In this document: one piece after another, positions 10,251-20,317 of the stretch | How positions within the stretch are numbered: position 1 is the stretch's first letter | Layout of the letters: every line of letters starts with the position of its first letter | Origin: an uncultured Methanomicrobiales archaeon | GTDB taxonomy: Archaea; Halobacteriota; Methanomicrobia; Methanomicrobiales; Methanospirillaceae | Assembly: GCA_963697895.1 (NCBI GenBank) | Contig: OY969100.1 | Location: forward strand, 288,001 to 352,000 | Direction: 5' to 3' | DNA: 64,000 nucleotides | The notes under the pieces: model-generated | What the model was told of the DNA's origin: nothing | The model's input: only the letters and a program-made list of their open reading frames with translations | Databases searched by the model: none | Made by a program: the position numbers and the translations under genes

Positions 10251-11432
10251 CTAAAAATCCGTCATAACCCGGTACTGGTCGATCTCTTCCTTATTCATCT
10301 TCTGGAGGAATCCGTCGGCCGCCAGGTAGACATCTTTGCTCGCGGTGATCGCCCGTCCGACGACCAGAATGTCGGCTCCTGCTTTCAGGGCATCTTTTAC
10401 GTTTTCTGCCCGGATTCCTCCGGCAGTCGCAACAAGGAGTTTCCCTCCCGCCGCTTTCTTCAATGCAGGGATGTCCCCCCACGCATGTGCCGTTCCTTCC
10501 GCGTCGATGGCACGGTGGAGCTCCACGATATCCGGGGAAACGGCGAGTTTCTCGATCACCTTCACCGGTTCGGTGACGTTTAACATATCGATCACCGAGT
10601 AGATTCCGGTCTTCTTCGCCTCGTCGATCGCCTTCTCCATCGTGGGGACCGGAGCGAGGCCGGAGATCACCACGGCGTCCGCCGATGCATCCGCCGCCAT
10701 GCGGGCCTCCAGGTTTCCGGTATCGAGGATCTTTAAGTCGGCGATGATGAAGGCGTTAGGGCGGAGCTTGCGGATTTCAGAGATAATGGAGAGACCGAAC
10801 TTCTTGATCAGCGGTGTTCCGGCCTCTATGATCAGGTGGTCGTTCTCCGGAAGCGAGGTCAGCACCGACGCCACTTTTTTCATCTCCACGAGATCGAGCG
10901 CGACCTGAAGATACGGCGGGTCCCAGAGCCGCTGCACCTTGAACCCCATCACCGCGTGGGCGGCACGGTCCTTCTCGTACAGAAGTGTCTTTGTATCGGG
11001 GAACGCATCGAATGCCCTCCGGATCGCGAGTTTTGTCGCACCATAATTGAACCGGTAAATCCGGTTATAGTCCGTAGCATCCGGGTGGAGATAGGCACTG
11101 GCCAGGATCACGAGCCCTTCAGGGTCGCGATCCGCAAATATTCCTTCCTCGACCGAATCGGCAACGGCCTTTGCAACCGCCGCCTGTACCGGACCGAACA
11201 TCTCGGCCACCTGCGTCTCCCGCTTAATCGTCACCTTCGGAATGACGAGCGTCGCCGGCTTTGTAAGAAGATTCGGCCGGATGACCGCAAGCAGGGGTGT
11301 ATGCCCGGCAGAGAGCTGCGAGAGAGCATTTGCGAATGCCGTCCCTACCGGCCCCTCCTTTTCCCCGATGATCAGATCGATATGTGCCAGTTCCGTGCCG
11401 TCCCCAACGAGTGCTTCTCCTACCAGATACAT
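10251..11432 (-). CDS. fae-hps: Bifunctional formaldehyde-activating enzyme / 3-hexulose-6-phosphate synthase
   Basis: GEALVGDGTELAHIDL, FGPVQAAVAKAV; Hps domain EAGTPLIK, DLKILDTG. Confidence 0.96.
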   Translation of the reverse strand: MYLVGEALVGDGTELAHIDLIIGEKEGPVGTAFANALSQLSAGHTPLLAVIRPNLLTKPATLVIPKVTIKRETQVAEMFGPVQAAVAKAVADSVEEGIFADRDPEGLVILASAYLHPDATDYNRIYRFNYGATKLAIRRAFDAFPDTKTLLYEKDRAAHAVMGFKVQRLWDPPYLQVALDLVEMKKVASVLTSLPENDHLIIEAGTPLIKKFGLSIISEIRKLRPNAFIIADLKILDTGNLEARMAADASADAVVISGLAPVPTMEKAIDEAKKTGIYSVIDMLNVTEPVKVIEKLAVSPDIVELHRAIDAEGTAHAWGDIPALKKAAGGKLLVATAGGIRAENVKDALKAGADILVVGRAITASKDVYLAADGFLQKMNKEEIDQYRVMTDF

Positions 11433-11538
11433 GGAATTCCCCATCGCGTGACAGATGTCCGCAGGAGTATATATGCAACAGACTCATATAAAAATGCCAG
11501 CGGGGATCAGGCTTCAAACACACAGGAAAAGCATAATG

Positions 11539-11695
11539 TGGGGTCGGTGAGATTTGAACTCACGATCGACGGGTCTCTCCGACATGCGTCAGTGCTCCAA
11601 CGGATCATCACCGATTCAGAAGACCCATTTTCATCATTCACACGACGCGAAAGACCGCTGGAGCCCGTCGCCATTCCGGACTAGGCCACGACCCC
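11539..11695 (-). tRNA. tRNA-Trp(CCA) with an 83-nt intron at 37/38
   Basis: GGGGTCG/CGACCCC acceptor stem; anticodon CCA at 11659-11661; T-arm GTGAG-TTCAAAT-CTCAC; bulge-helix-bulge junctions. Confidence 0.95.
11575..11657 (-). ncRNA. Intron-encoded box C/D guide RNA
   Basis: C box ATGATGA, D' CTGA, C' GTGATGA, D CTGA; guides TGGGTCT and TTGGAGC are complementary to the host anticodon arm. Confidence 0.9.
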
Positions 11696-11785
11696 CGGTG
11701 TTTTGTATAAATCGGTTTTTTCCCGATTTAACTCTTGTGGAACAGAGCAATACCCATATATTCCCGTCATTCCAACAGTGTAGGG

Positions 11786-13487
11786 ATGGATGATGGCAGC
11801 TATGCGTGCGGCGTTTCGGCTTTCCCCCTTCTCGGGGTCACGATCGGGGAGATGCTGAACGGAATCGCAGACCGTTATCCCGATACCGAAGCAGTCGTAT
11901 CGGTGCACCAGACGATCCGGTGGACGTATGCCATGTTACTCCGGCATGTCGACGCCCTGGCACGGGGGCTGATGGCGCTCGGTGTCGAGAAGGGAGACCG
12001 GGTCGGAATCTGGGCGATGAACCATGCGGAATGGATCCAGGTCCAGTTTGCCACCGCGAAGATCGGGGCGATCATGGTGAACATCAATCCGGCGTACCGG
12101 ACGTACGAACTCGAGTACGTGCTGAAACAGGCAGAGATCCAGACCCTGATCCTGCAGGACCGGTTTAAGGCGTCCGACTACGTGGGGATGTTTTACGAAG
12201 CCTGCCCGGAAGCATACGAATCCCGGCCGGGACGCATAAATTCCGAAAAATTCCCCTTCCTGAAAAATGTTATCTTCATGGGGGACCTCCCCTGCAACGG
12301 CATGTACGGATGGGACGAATGCCTCAGAAGAGGGGAGGAGATCCCCGGCGACGATCTGATCGCCCGCGAAGAGTCCCTCGAATTTGATGATGCGATCAAT
12401 ATCCAGTATACTTCGGGCACTACCGGCTTTCCCAAAGGAGTCGTGCTCACCCACCATGGCGTTCTGAATAATGGCTATATCATCGGCGAAGGGATGAACT
12501 TCACCGAAAAAGACCGGCTCTGTATCCCGGTACCCTTTTATCACTGTTTCGGGATGGTCCTCTCGAACCTCGCCTGCATGACGCACGGTGCAACGATGGT
12601 GATCCCGTCCCCGGTATTCAATGCAGAGGATGTCCTCCGGACAGTGCAGGAAGAACGATGCACCGCCCTGCACGGAGTCCCGACCATGTTTATCGCCGAG
12701 CTCTCACACCCGGAATTCACCCGGTACTCGATGAAATCCCTGAGGACCGGGATCATGGCAGGCTCCCCCTGTCCGATAGAGGTGATGAAGGAGGTGAACC
12801 GGAAGATGAACATGTCCGATATCGTGATCGTGTACGGCCAGACCGAGACATCACCCGGGATTACCATGACGACCACAAGAGACCCGGTCGAGCGGCGGGT
12901 CTCCACGGTGGGAAAGGTATTCCCGCATACCGAGCTGAAGATCATCGATCCAAAGACCCGGAAGATCGTTCCGCGTGGCGAAATCGGGGAGATCTGTGCC
13001 CGTGGATACATGGTCATGAAATGCTATTACAACAACCCGAGCGCCACCCATGCAACCCTCGACCAGAACCACTGGAACCATACCGGGGATCTCGGGACGA
13101 TCGACAATGAAGGATATGTGAAGATCGTCGGGAGGCTGAAGGACATGGTGATCCGCGGTGGCGAGAATATCTATCCGCGGGAGATCGAGGAGTTCCTCCA
13201 TCATCATCCGAAGATCGCGGATGTCTACGTGATAGGGGTGCCCGACCAGAAATACGGAGAGGAACTGATGGCATGGATCAAGGTGATGCCCGGGGAATGC
13301 CTCACCGCGGGGGAAGTGAAAGCGTTCTGCACCGATCGCATCGCCCACTACAAGATACCGCGGTACGTGAAGTTCGTGGACGATTTCCCGATGAGTGTCA
13401 CCGGGAAGATCCAGAAATACAAGATGCGGGAGATCTCTGTCGGGGATCTTCAGACTCGAGGCCGCAGAGCAGATAGAGACCGCGTAA
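11786..13487 (+). CDS. AMP-binding acyl-CoA synthetase (+1 frameshift at about 13454)
   Basis: [33 protein letters not shown]; removing A13454 gives a typical end [12 protein letters not shown]. Confidence 0.9.
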
Positions 13488-13664
13488 ATCTTCTCTCTTT
13501 CGGCAGCCCCCGGATGAGCGAATTGAACTGGAGAGAATCCCGGACCTGTTCTGGCGAACGGTAACCCCGGTCAGGCGGATCGAAGCATGTAGTCCTGTTT
13601 TATTCTTCAAATACCGCGGGGTGTAGTCCCGGGAAATCTCCCCCGCCTGTTGAAGAGAGGCTGT

Positions 13665-14984
13665 CTATCCTCCCGCCCTCTGTACGAGATCGTACGCGGC
13701 ACGGCCTGCATCCGCGAGGATCTCTTCCTCGCCGGGGATCTCGCGATCGAGCATCAGCACCCTGCCATCGCAGACCACGGTGCCGACCGCGGAACCGGTG
13801 CAGGCGTAGACCATATTGGAGGCGACGTGATGGAGCGGGGTATTGCACGCCCGTTCGCGGGGGACCAGGATGAGGTCGGCGGGTTCCCCCGGCGCGATCC
13901 TGCCGTTTCCGCACCCGAGAGCGCGGGCACCTGCCGCGGTCGCCATCTCAAGGGCCTCTGTCGCCGGAAGAAGCGTCTGGGAATTCCAGGAGAACTTCTG
14001 GAGGAGAGCGGCCACCTTCATCTCCCCGAAGAGATCGAGATTGTTGTTCGAGGCGCACCCGTCGGTGCCGAGCGCGACGTTCACCCCCGCATCCTTCAGC
14101 CACTGGTAGGGCATCGCCCGGTTCACGGCGAGCTTCATGTTGCTCACCGGGTTGTGGGAGACATGGACCCCGCGTTCGCCGAGCAGTGCGCAGTCCGGGC
14201 GGTCGAGCCAGCAGCAGTGCGCCGCCACCGTTCGCGGGGTGAGCAGGCCGCAATCGTCGAGGATCGCCGGGGGTCTCCGTCCCCACCGCGATACGGCATC
14301 CTGCACCTCCAGCTCGGTCTCGCTCAGGTGTACATGGATCCCGATTCGTTCCTCCCGGGAGAATTCCGCAAGCCAGCGGAGCCCTTCCGGGGAGACGGTG
14401 TAGACCGCATGGGGACCAACCGCAGCCTGTATCCGCGGATTATTCAGGGACCGGATGAACTTCACCAGGATCTCCGTCTTTGTGCATTCGCACGCGCACT
14501 TGTCCGGATCGAACAGGTCGATGAACCCGTAACTGAGCGTCGCCCGTATCCCCGTCCTGTCAACCGCCCGCGCAGCATCCTCCATGAAGAAGTACATGTC
14601 ATTGAAGGATGTGGTGCCGCTCCGGATCATCTCCAGACAGGCGAGCCTGGTTCCTGCATAGACATCCTCCGCGGTAAGGTGAGCCTCAAGCGGCCAGATC
14701 TTATCGGAGAGCCACTGCTGGAGGGGCATGTCGTCCGCATACCCCCGCAGCAGGGTCATCGCCGCATGGGTATGGGTATTCACGAGCCCCGGGAGGACGA
14801 TCGCTCCCGCACCCTCGATGACGAACTCTGCATCCCCTGCATACTCCCGCCCGATGCCCGGTCCGATTTCTCCAATGACCCCCTCCGGGCTGATATAGAG
14901 ATCGACCAGATCCCGCTTCCAGGTCACCTCCCGGACGAGTATCGATCCCCGGGTCCGGTATATGTCATCCATCGAATCTCTCAC
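13665..14984 (-). CDS. Amidohydrolase, MTA/SAH/5'-deoxyadenosine deaminase type
   Basis: NTHTH, HVHLSET, GTDGCASNN; GTGA overlap with the upstream nucleoside phosphorylase. Confidence 0.85.
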   Translation of the reverse strand: MRDSMDDIYRTRGSILVREVTWKRDLVDLYISPEGVIGEIGPGIGREYAGDAEFVIEGAGAIVLPGLVNTHTHAAMTLLRGYADDMPLQQWLSDKIWPLEAHLTAEDVYAGTRLACLEMIRSGTTSFNDMYFFMEDAARAVDRTGIRATLSYGFIDLFDPDKCACECTKTEILVKFIRSLNNPRIQAAVGPHAVYTVSPEGLRWLAEFSREERIGIHVHLSETELEVQDAVSRWGRRPPAILDDCGLLTPRTVAAHCCWLDRPDCALLGERGVHVSHNPVSNMKLAVNRAMPYQWLKDAGVNVALGTDGCASNNNLDLFGEMKVAALLQKFSWNSQTLLPATEALEMATAAGARALGCGNGRIAPGEPADLILVPRERACNTPLHHVASNMVYACTGSAVGTVVCDGRVLMLDREIPGEEEILADAGRAAYDLVQRAGG

Positions 14985-15649
14985 CCCAGTCCTGTGATGA
15001 TATCCCGGAGGATCCCCTCCGTACGCTGGCGGTACTGCCGCGAGGTCTCGAGGATATGCTCGAATGTAAGCGTCTCACCGCCGAGACCACTCGCAAAATT
15101 GTCTACCGTGCAGAGCGCTGCAAATTCCATACCCAGTTCGCATGAGAGGGTCCCTTCGCTCGCGACCGTCATGCCGACGATGTCTGCCACCCGCGCGAGC
15201 ATACAGACCTCCGCTATCGTTTCTATCCGGGGACCTTTCGTCTGTGCATAGATCCCTCGCCGGGCCGCCGGCACGATCCGGAAAAGGTCGTCCATAAGCC
15301 CCGGTGAGAGCGCGGGATGGACATGCTCGATCGCATGGTCGTGGATGGACGGGATATCGGAAAAACTGATATAATCATCGGGGATGACGATCGAGCCGGG
15401 TTCGATCTCCGGTTGCAGGGAACCGGATGAACCGATCGCGATTACCCGGTCCACACCGATGATCGCGAGCGCCGCCATGTTCGCCCGGTGATTGATCCGG
15501 TGCGGGGGTACTCCCTGCTGGTGCCGGAGGAGGATCGGGACCTTTCCGGAGAGAACTTCGGCCCTTCCATACGGCGTTGCGACCAACTGCCGCCCGGTTG
15601 ACGGGAGACCGGCATACCGGAGGCTGGTTCCCCCGATGATCGCAAGCAT
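14981..15649 (-). CDS. MTAP-family purine nucleoside phosphorylase
   Basis: AIIGGT, PPHRINHRAN, GPRIETIAE, VGMT. Confidence 0.9.
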   Translation of the reverse strand: MLAIIGGTSLRYAGLPSTGRQLVATPYGRAEVLSGKVPILLRHQQGVPPHRINHRANMAALAIIGVDRVIAIGSSGSLQPEIEPGSIVIPDDYISFSDIPSIHDHAIEHVHPALSPGLMDDLFRIVPAARRGIYAQTKGPRIETIAEVCMLARVADIVGMTVASEGTLSCELGMEFAALCTVDNFASGLGGETLTFEHILETSRQYRQRTEGILRDIITGLG

Positions 15650-16189
15650 TCAGAATCCCCCGCACGGACACGATTTTCCCGCGGGAAGGCACCAGCGAGG
15701 CGATGGCCGCCACTGGCACCAGAACCCTGTTCCTGACCCGTCCCGGACATAACCGGATAAGATCACCCCGTTCGAACTCGCTTCCCGCACGACACCATCA
15801 CCGCCTTTTCATGCTATGTCTCCTTTTCTCCATTAAAAGGCAGCGTTATATGTACCGGAATTGCCCACCCCTGAATGACTGCATCATCGATGGCGGGAAC
15901 GGACACGGAAGAAACCGTCAAAATCCTGCCGGTAATGACCGAAAATGCATCAGAGGCATGGTATCGGGGGAGGGATATTGCCGTATGCAAGGCAGGATGC
16001 GATAGAATATCTTCCAAGTTCTCTCCCGGATCCGCACTTACCCTCTTTCCACCTTGGGGAATGGCGGGATTACACTCTGCTTACCTATGGTCGGGGGTCA
16101 CTGGGCCCCGTTCCTGTCGTTCCGGAGTTCCCTGCGAGAGCTGTCCTGCAACCAATTTTTATCTCCAGCCGACACATACTGTAAGAAGC

Positions 16190-16222
16190 GGGCCGATAGA
16201 TCAGGGGAAGATCGTTCCCTTG
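16190..16222 (+). pseudogene. 5' fragment of a tRNA-Ala-like gene
   Basis: GGGCCGATAGATCAGGGGAAGATCGTTCCCTTG: 5' acceptor strand, intact GATC/GATC D-stem and 5' anticodon strand only; TTTTTATC about 30 nt upstream. Confidence 0.7.
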
Positions 16223-16277
16223 ATATGATGCAAACCTAAACGACCGTGTTTCATACAATTGCAGAAGAAGATTTCGC

Positions 16278-16349
16278 GGGCTGGTGGTAAAGTGGTATTA
16301 CGCACCCTTGGCATGGGTGAGGCCGCGGGTTCAATTCCCGCCCAGTCCA
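16278..16349 (+). tRNA. tRNA-Ala(GGC)
   Basis: Full cloverleaf: GGGCTGG/CCAGTCC with G3:U70; D-stem GTAA/TTAC; CACCC-TTGGCAT-GGGTG; GCGGG-TTCAATT-CCCGC. Confidence 0.9.
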
Positions 16350-16494
16350 TTTCTTTTATTTTCGTGATTGCGTGATGTTAGAGTGTCTGCTTTCCAATAA
16401 CCAACTGAGCATGGGCAAATTAAACGACTGTGTTTCACCCAGACGGGGTAAAAGTATCTCACATAGTTAACTGATCGCGTCCTGGAGAAATGGC

Positions 16495-16565
16495 GGGCCG
16501 ATAGATCAGGGAAAATCGCTACCTCGGTATGGGAGAGGCCGCGGGTTCAATTCCCGCCCAGTCCC
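16495..16565 (+). pseudogene. Degenerate tRNA-Ala-derived element
   Basis: 3' 30 nt identical to the intact tRNA; two acceptor-stem mismatches, a D-stem mismatch, an anticodon-stem mismatch and loop TCGGTAT (C at position 33). Confidence 0.8.
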
Positions 16566-16639
16566 ATACCGTCATCCTTCCGGGATGATCCAAATCGGAG
16601 TATTTTTCCGTTCTGCAGACGTTGATCCATCGATCGAAC

Positions 16640-17269
16640 GTGGGAATCAAGGAATGGATAATACCCCAGGATCAGGTTTTCTTCGACCTGTTTGACCGTC
16701 TTGCCGCCGTCGTTGTACTCGCGTCCTACCGTCTGGTAGATCTTATGGATAATTTTGGAACCCTGAGTGAAGTTGTCCCCCAGATAAAGCAGCTCGAGCA
16801 TGACGGGGACAAGATCACCCATGAGATCTACGAGCAGCTGAACAAGAGTTTCATCACCCCTTTCCAGCCGGAGGAGATCTCCCACCTGGCGGCATTGCTC
16901 GACGATGTCCTCGATTATATCGATTCAACCACCCGGAAGATGTACAATTACGAAATTCAGGGGGTGGACGGGTACATGGTCGAGCTCGCAAATCTGATCC
17001 AGCTCTCCGCGGTAGAGCTCGAAACAGCGGTAAAGGGCATCCGTTCCATTAAGGATCCCATGACTATCGAATTGCGATGTATCGAAGTGAACCGGCTGGA
17101 AAACCTCGCAGACGATGTCCTCGCCCACGCGACGAAAGAGCTCTTCAAAACCAAGGATGCGATCGACATCATCAAGTACAAGGATATTTACGAGTATCTG
17201 GAGATCGCGACCGATAAATGCGAAGACGTGGCGAATGTCCTCTCCGATATTGCCATCCGGCATTCGTGA
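16640..17269 (+). CDS. DUF47 (PhoU-like) Pit accessory protein
   Basis: LEHDGDKIT, SFITPFQPEEI, LENLAD, ATDKCEDVA; GTG start. Confidence 0.92.
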   Translation: MGIKEWIIPQDQVFFDLFDRLAAVVVLASYRLVDLMDNFGTLSEVVPQIKQLEHDGDKITHEIYEQLNKSFITPFQPEEISHLAALLDDVLDYIDSTTRKMYNYEIQGVDGYMVELANLIQLSAVELETAVKGIRSIKDPMTIELRCIEVNRLENLADDVLAHATKELFKTKDAIDIIKYKDIYEYLEIATDKCEDVANVLSDIAIRHS

Positions 17270-17373
17270 CCATCGGGAGATGAAAGGTATGGTCTTCAGT
17301 CCCCCCGCAGACCCTGGCGCAATCAGTTTCGTTCGCCGGAGTTACGCACGGGATCGCGGCCGGGGATAGGGCA

Positions 17374-18408
17374 ATGCTCATCCCTACTCCGGAGGTTATC
17401 GGGTTCATCATCTTCGTCGCCCTCTGCTTTGATTTTACCAATGGGTTCCATGATTCGGCAAATTCGATATCGACCATCGTATCCACGCAGGTATTGACCC
17501 CCCGGAATGCGGTTGCATTTGCAGCATTTTTCAATTTTGTCGCTGCATTCGCATTTGGTGTCGCAGTGGCGAACACCATCAGTAACATCATCAATCTCAC
17601 CTATGTGGATACCGATATCGTTCCCTATATCATACTGGGAGCCCTCATGGGGGCGATAGGGTGGAATCTCATCACCTGGTATTACGGTCTTCCCACTTCA
17701 TCCTCGCAGGCACTCATTGGCGGACTGACCGGGGCAGGGATTGCAGCTGCCGGAATAGCCGCGGTGAAGTTATCGACCCTGTTCAATGTAATCCTGTTCA
17801 TGGTCATTTCACCGGTGATAGGTTTCATTTTAGGTTTCCTCTTCATGGCGTTAGTGATGAGGACCACCCGGAGAATACACAAGAACAGTGCCGAGCGGGG
17901 GTTCCGGAGGTTACAACTCGTTTCGGCGGCAGCATACAGTTTCAGCCACGGGACCAATGATGCCCAGAAGACTATGGGCATCATCACTCCTCTTCTCTTC
18001 AGTATCGGGTATTATGGAGCATCGGTGGACCCTCAACATCTTCCGGTTCCCATATGGGTCATCCTTGCCGCTCATGCGGCAATCGCGCTCGGCACGCTGT
18101 CCGGAGGCTGGAGAATCGTGAGAACGATGGGGTACCGGATCACCACGCTCCGGCCTGTTGACGGGTTTTCGGCGGAGACCGCGGGCGCGGCAACCATCCT
18201 CGGTTCATCGGTTGTCGGCATCCCTGTCAGCACGACCCAGATCATCAGCACCTCCATCATGGGGGTCGGCACCACCGGAGGGGCGGGAATGGTCCGGTGG
18301 GGGGTCGCCCGGAGTATTGGCTGGGCGTGGATTCTTACGATCCCCATCAGCGCACTCATTGGTTTCGGGGCATTTTTGGGTATATTCTGGCTGGTCAGCC
18401 TTTTCTGA
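17374..18408 (+). CDS. Inorganic phosphate transporter (PiT family)
   Basis: NGFHDSANS, GLPTSSSQ, HGTNDAQK, PVSTTQ. Confidence 0.95.
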   Translation: MLIPTPEVIGFIIFVALCFDFTNGFHDSANSISTIVSTQVLTPRNAVAFAAFFNFVAAFAFGVAVANTISNIINLTYVDTDIVPYIILGALMGAIGWNLITWYYGLPTSSSQALIGGLTGAGIAAAGIAAVKLSTLFNVILFMVISPVIGFILGFLFMALVMRTTRRIHKNSAERGFRRLQLVSAAAYSFSHGTNDAQKTMGIITPLLFSIGYYGASVDPQHLPVPIWVILAAHAAIALGTLSGGWRIVRTMGYRITTLRPVDGFSAETAGAATILGSSVVGIPVSTTQIISTSIMGVGTTGGAGMVRWGVARSIGWAWILTIPISALIGFGAFLGIFWLVSLF

Positions 18409-18484
18409 TACAGATCCCCTCATTAATCGCAGGCCACCGGTGATTTTTTCAATACCAAGCGCAGTATAGCTGGCTGATACACGC

Positions 18485-19114
18485 ATGCGCATCAGGGACC
18501 TGATCCTTCCCGAAGATAAGGTTTTTTTTACCCTCTTTTCGGACATGGCCGGAAAAATAAATGAAGCCTCGGCGATCCTGAACGAGATAACCCATGAACT
18601 CCCGGGAGGGACGGAAAAAGGACAGAAAGTCCGGCAGCTCGAACATCTGGGCGACGAAATCACGAGGCAGACCTTTGAAAGGCTCAACGATTCCCTGATT
18701 ACGCCGCTTGAACCGGAAGAAATTGCCCGCATGGCCCCGGCCCTGGACGATGTTATGGACCGTATCGACTGGGTGACACACCAGCTGTGCAATTACGGAA
18801 TTTCTCAGTCAAATGACCAACTGAAAGAATTTTCCTATATGATCGTTCTGTCCGGCGACGAGCTTGGTCACGGAATTGAAGACCTTGCAACTCTTAAGAA
18901 AACAGATGAAATAGAAAAACACGCGCGCGAAATCAACCGGCTCTACAACCTCTCGCTAGAGCTTCTTTCAAGGGCCATTATCGAGTTGTTCGTGAAGGAG
19001 GACCTTCTGATGATTATAAAATTCAAGGACATTTATGAAGGAATGGCAAAGGTCATGGAGAAGTACAATGACGTCGGGCACGCCCTCACCGACATCTCAC
19101 GTAACCATACCTGA
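18485..19114 (+). CDS. Second DUF47 (PhoU-like) protein
   Basis: LEHLGDEIT, LITPLEPEEI, IIKFKDIYE. Confidence 0.9.
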   Translation: MRIRDLILPEDKVFFTLFSDMAGKINEASAILNEITHELPGGTEKGQKVRQLEHLGDEITRQTFERLNDSLITPLEPEEIARMAPALDDVMDRIDWVTHQLCNYGISQSNDQLKEFSYMIVLSGDELGHGIEDLATLKKTDEIEKHAREINRLYNLSLELLSRAIIELFVKEDLLMIIKFKDIYEGMAKVMEKYNDVGHALTDISRNHT

Positions 19115-19119
19115 TCAAC

Positions 19120-20304
19120 ATGGATGCCCTCATCATTTTTGGGATTTTTCTTGCAATCCTGCTCAATTTTGTGAACGGCCTGAATGACGCTTCCCATTCG
19201 ATTGCCACGGTGGTTGCAACAAGGGCACTCCCGCCATTGAAGGCCAGTATTTCTTCTGCCCTTGCAAATTTCATCGGCCCCTTTATTTTTACGACTGCGG
19301 TGGCGGTGACCATCGGGACCGGGTTGGTTGTCACCGATGCCCTGACACCGTTGTCGATCGTCATCGCGATGCTTACTGCCATTATGCTGGTATTTATTGC
19401 CACCCATATCGGTCTCCCCCTGTCAAGCAGCCAGGCCCTCATCGGTGGCATATTAGGGGCGGGTGTGGCCGCTTTTGGTCTCCAGGCCCTTATTCTGCCC
19501 CCCGCATCCATGGTGGAACAACTGGTGTTTTTCTCCTTCGTCGGAGGAGTCCTTGGTGCCCTTTTCCTTGGTGCACTTGCATTCTCCCTGAAAGAAAATA
19601 TCATAGCCGCATCGATACTCGGCATAATTTTTGGCATTTCAGTAACCATCCCCCTCATGATGATATCCGGTCTGTTTGTGCTTACCGGAATCCTCGCCAT
19701 TGTTGTTTTCATCTTCATCTCCCCCATCATCGGTTTTTTTGTGGCCTTTCTCTTCGACCTGCTGGTTACGCACCTGTTCCGCTATTCACGCCAGAACACC
19801 ATGAAACGTATTTTCCAGCCATTGCAGGTTATTGCAAGCCTTTTCCAGGCGGCAGGACATGGTGCCAATGACGGGCAGCACGCCGTGGGTATGATTACCG
19901 CGTTGCTCCTTGCGGGAGGGCTGATCTCATCATTTGTTGTCCCTACATGGGTTGTGGTTGTTTCGGCTGCCTCTATCGCCCTTGGTACCAGTTTCGGGGG
20001 GTGGAGGGTGATCAACAAACTGGCAAAGGAGATAACGAAAATCAGGCCCTACCAGGGCTTCTGTGCAGCGACATCAGGGAGCGGAATCCTTGCCATGGTC
20101 ACGATATTCGGGGTCCCGGTCTCGTCGACCCAGGTAATGAGCGGGGCAATTGTCGGTGTTGGTGCGACCAGGGGCGTAAGAGCAGTCAAGTGGGCGGTCC
20201 CCCGCCAGATGATGGAGGCGTGGGTGGTAACAATACCCTTATCTTTCACGGTCTCATGGATCGTCTACATGGTCATCGCGCTGATTTTTCACCAGCCCCT
20301 GTGA
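19120..20304 (+). CDS. Second PiT-family phosphate transporter
   Basis: NGLNDASHS, GLPLSSSQ, HGANDGQH, PVSSTQ. Confidence 0.92.
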   Translation: MDALIIFGIFLAILLNFVNGLNDASHSIATVVATRALPPLKASISSALANFIGPFIFTTAVAVTIGTGLVVTDALTPLSIVIAMLTAIMLVFIATHIGLPLSSSQALIGGILGAGVAAFGLQALILPPASMVEQLVFFSFVGGVLGALFLGALAFSLKENIIAASILGIIFGISVTIPLMMISGLFVLTGILAIVVFIFISPIIGFFVAFLFDLLVTHLFRYSRQNTMKRIFQPLQVIASLFQAAGHGANDGQHAVGMITALLLAGGLISSFVVPTWVVVVSAASIALGTSFGGWRVINKLAKEITKIRPYQGFCAATSGSGILAMVTIFGVPVSSTQVMSGAIVGVGATRGVRAVKWAVPRQMMEAWVVTIPLSFTVSWIVYMVIALIFHQPL

Positions 20305-20317
20305 TGGAACAATCAGC

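Noticed and set aside
13650-15251. Long antisense ORFs (533 aa here; also 5023-6165, 27854-28924, 34100-35215)
   Set aside because: They are shadows of well-supported genes on the opposite strand in GC-rich DNA and carry no motifs.
15650-16150. Short ORFs in the 500-bp gap before the tRNA cluster
   Set aside because: Several overlapping candidates, none with a motif or convincing start signal.
16190-16349. Split or permuted tRNA made from fragment A
   Set aside because: No bulge-helix-bulge motif or complementary leader is visible, and element B is already complete.
16495-16565. Functional tRNA-Thr(GGT)
   Set aside because: C at position 33, mismatches in three stems and an Ala-type G3:U70 backbone indicate a degenerate Ala derivative.
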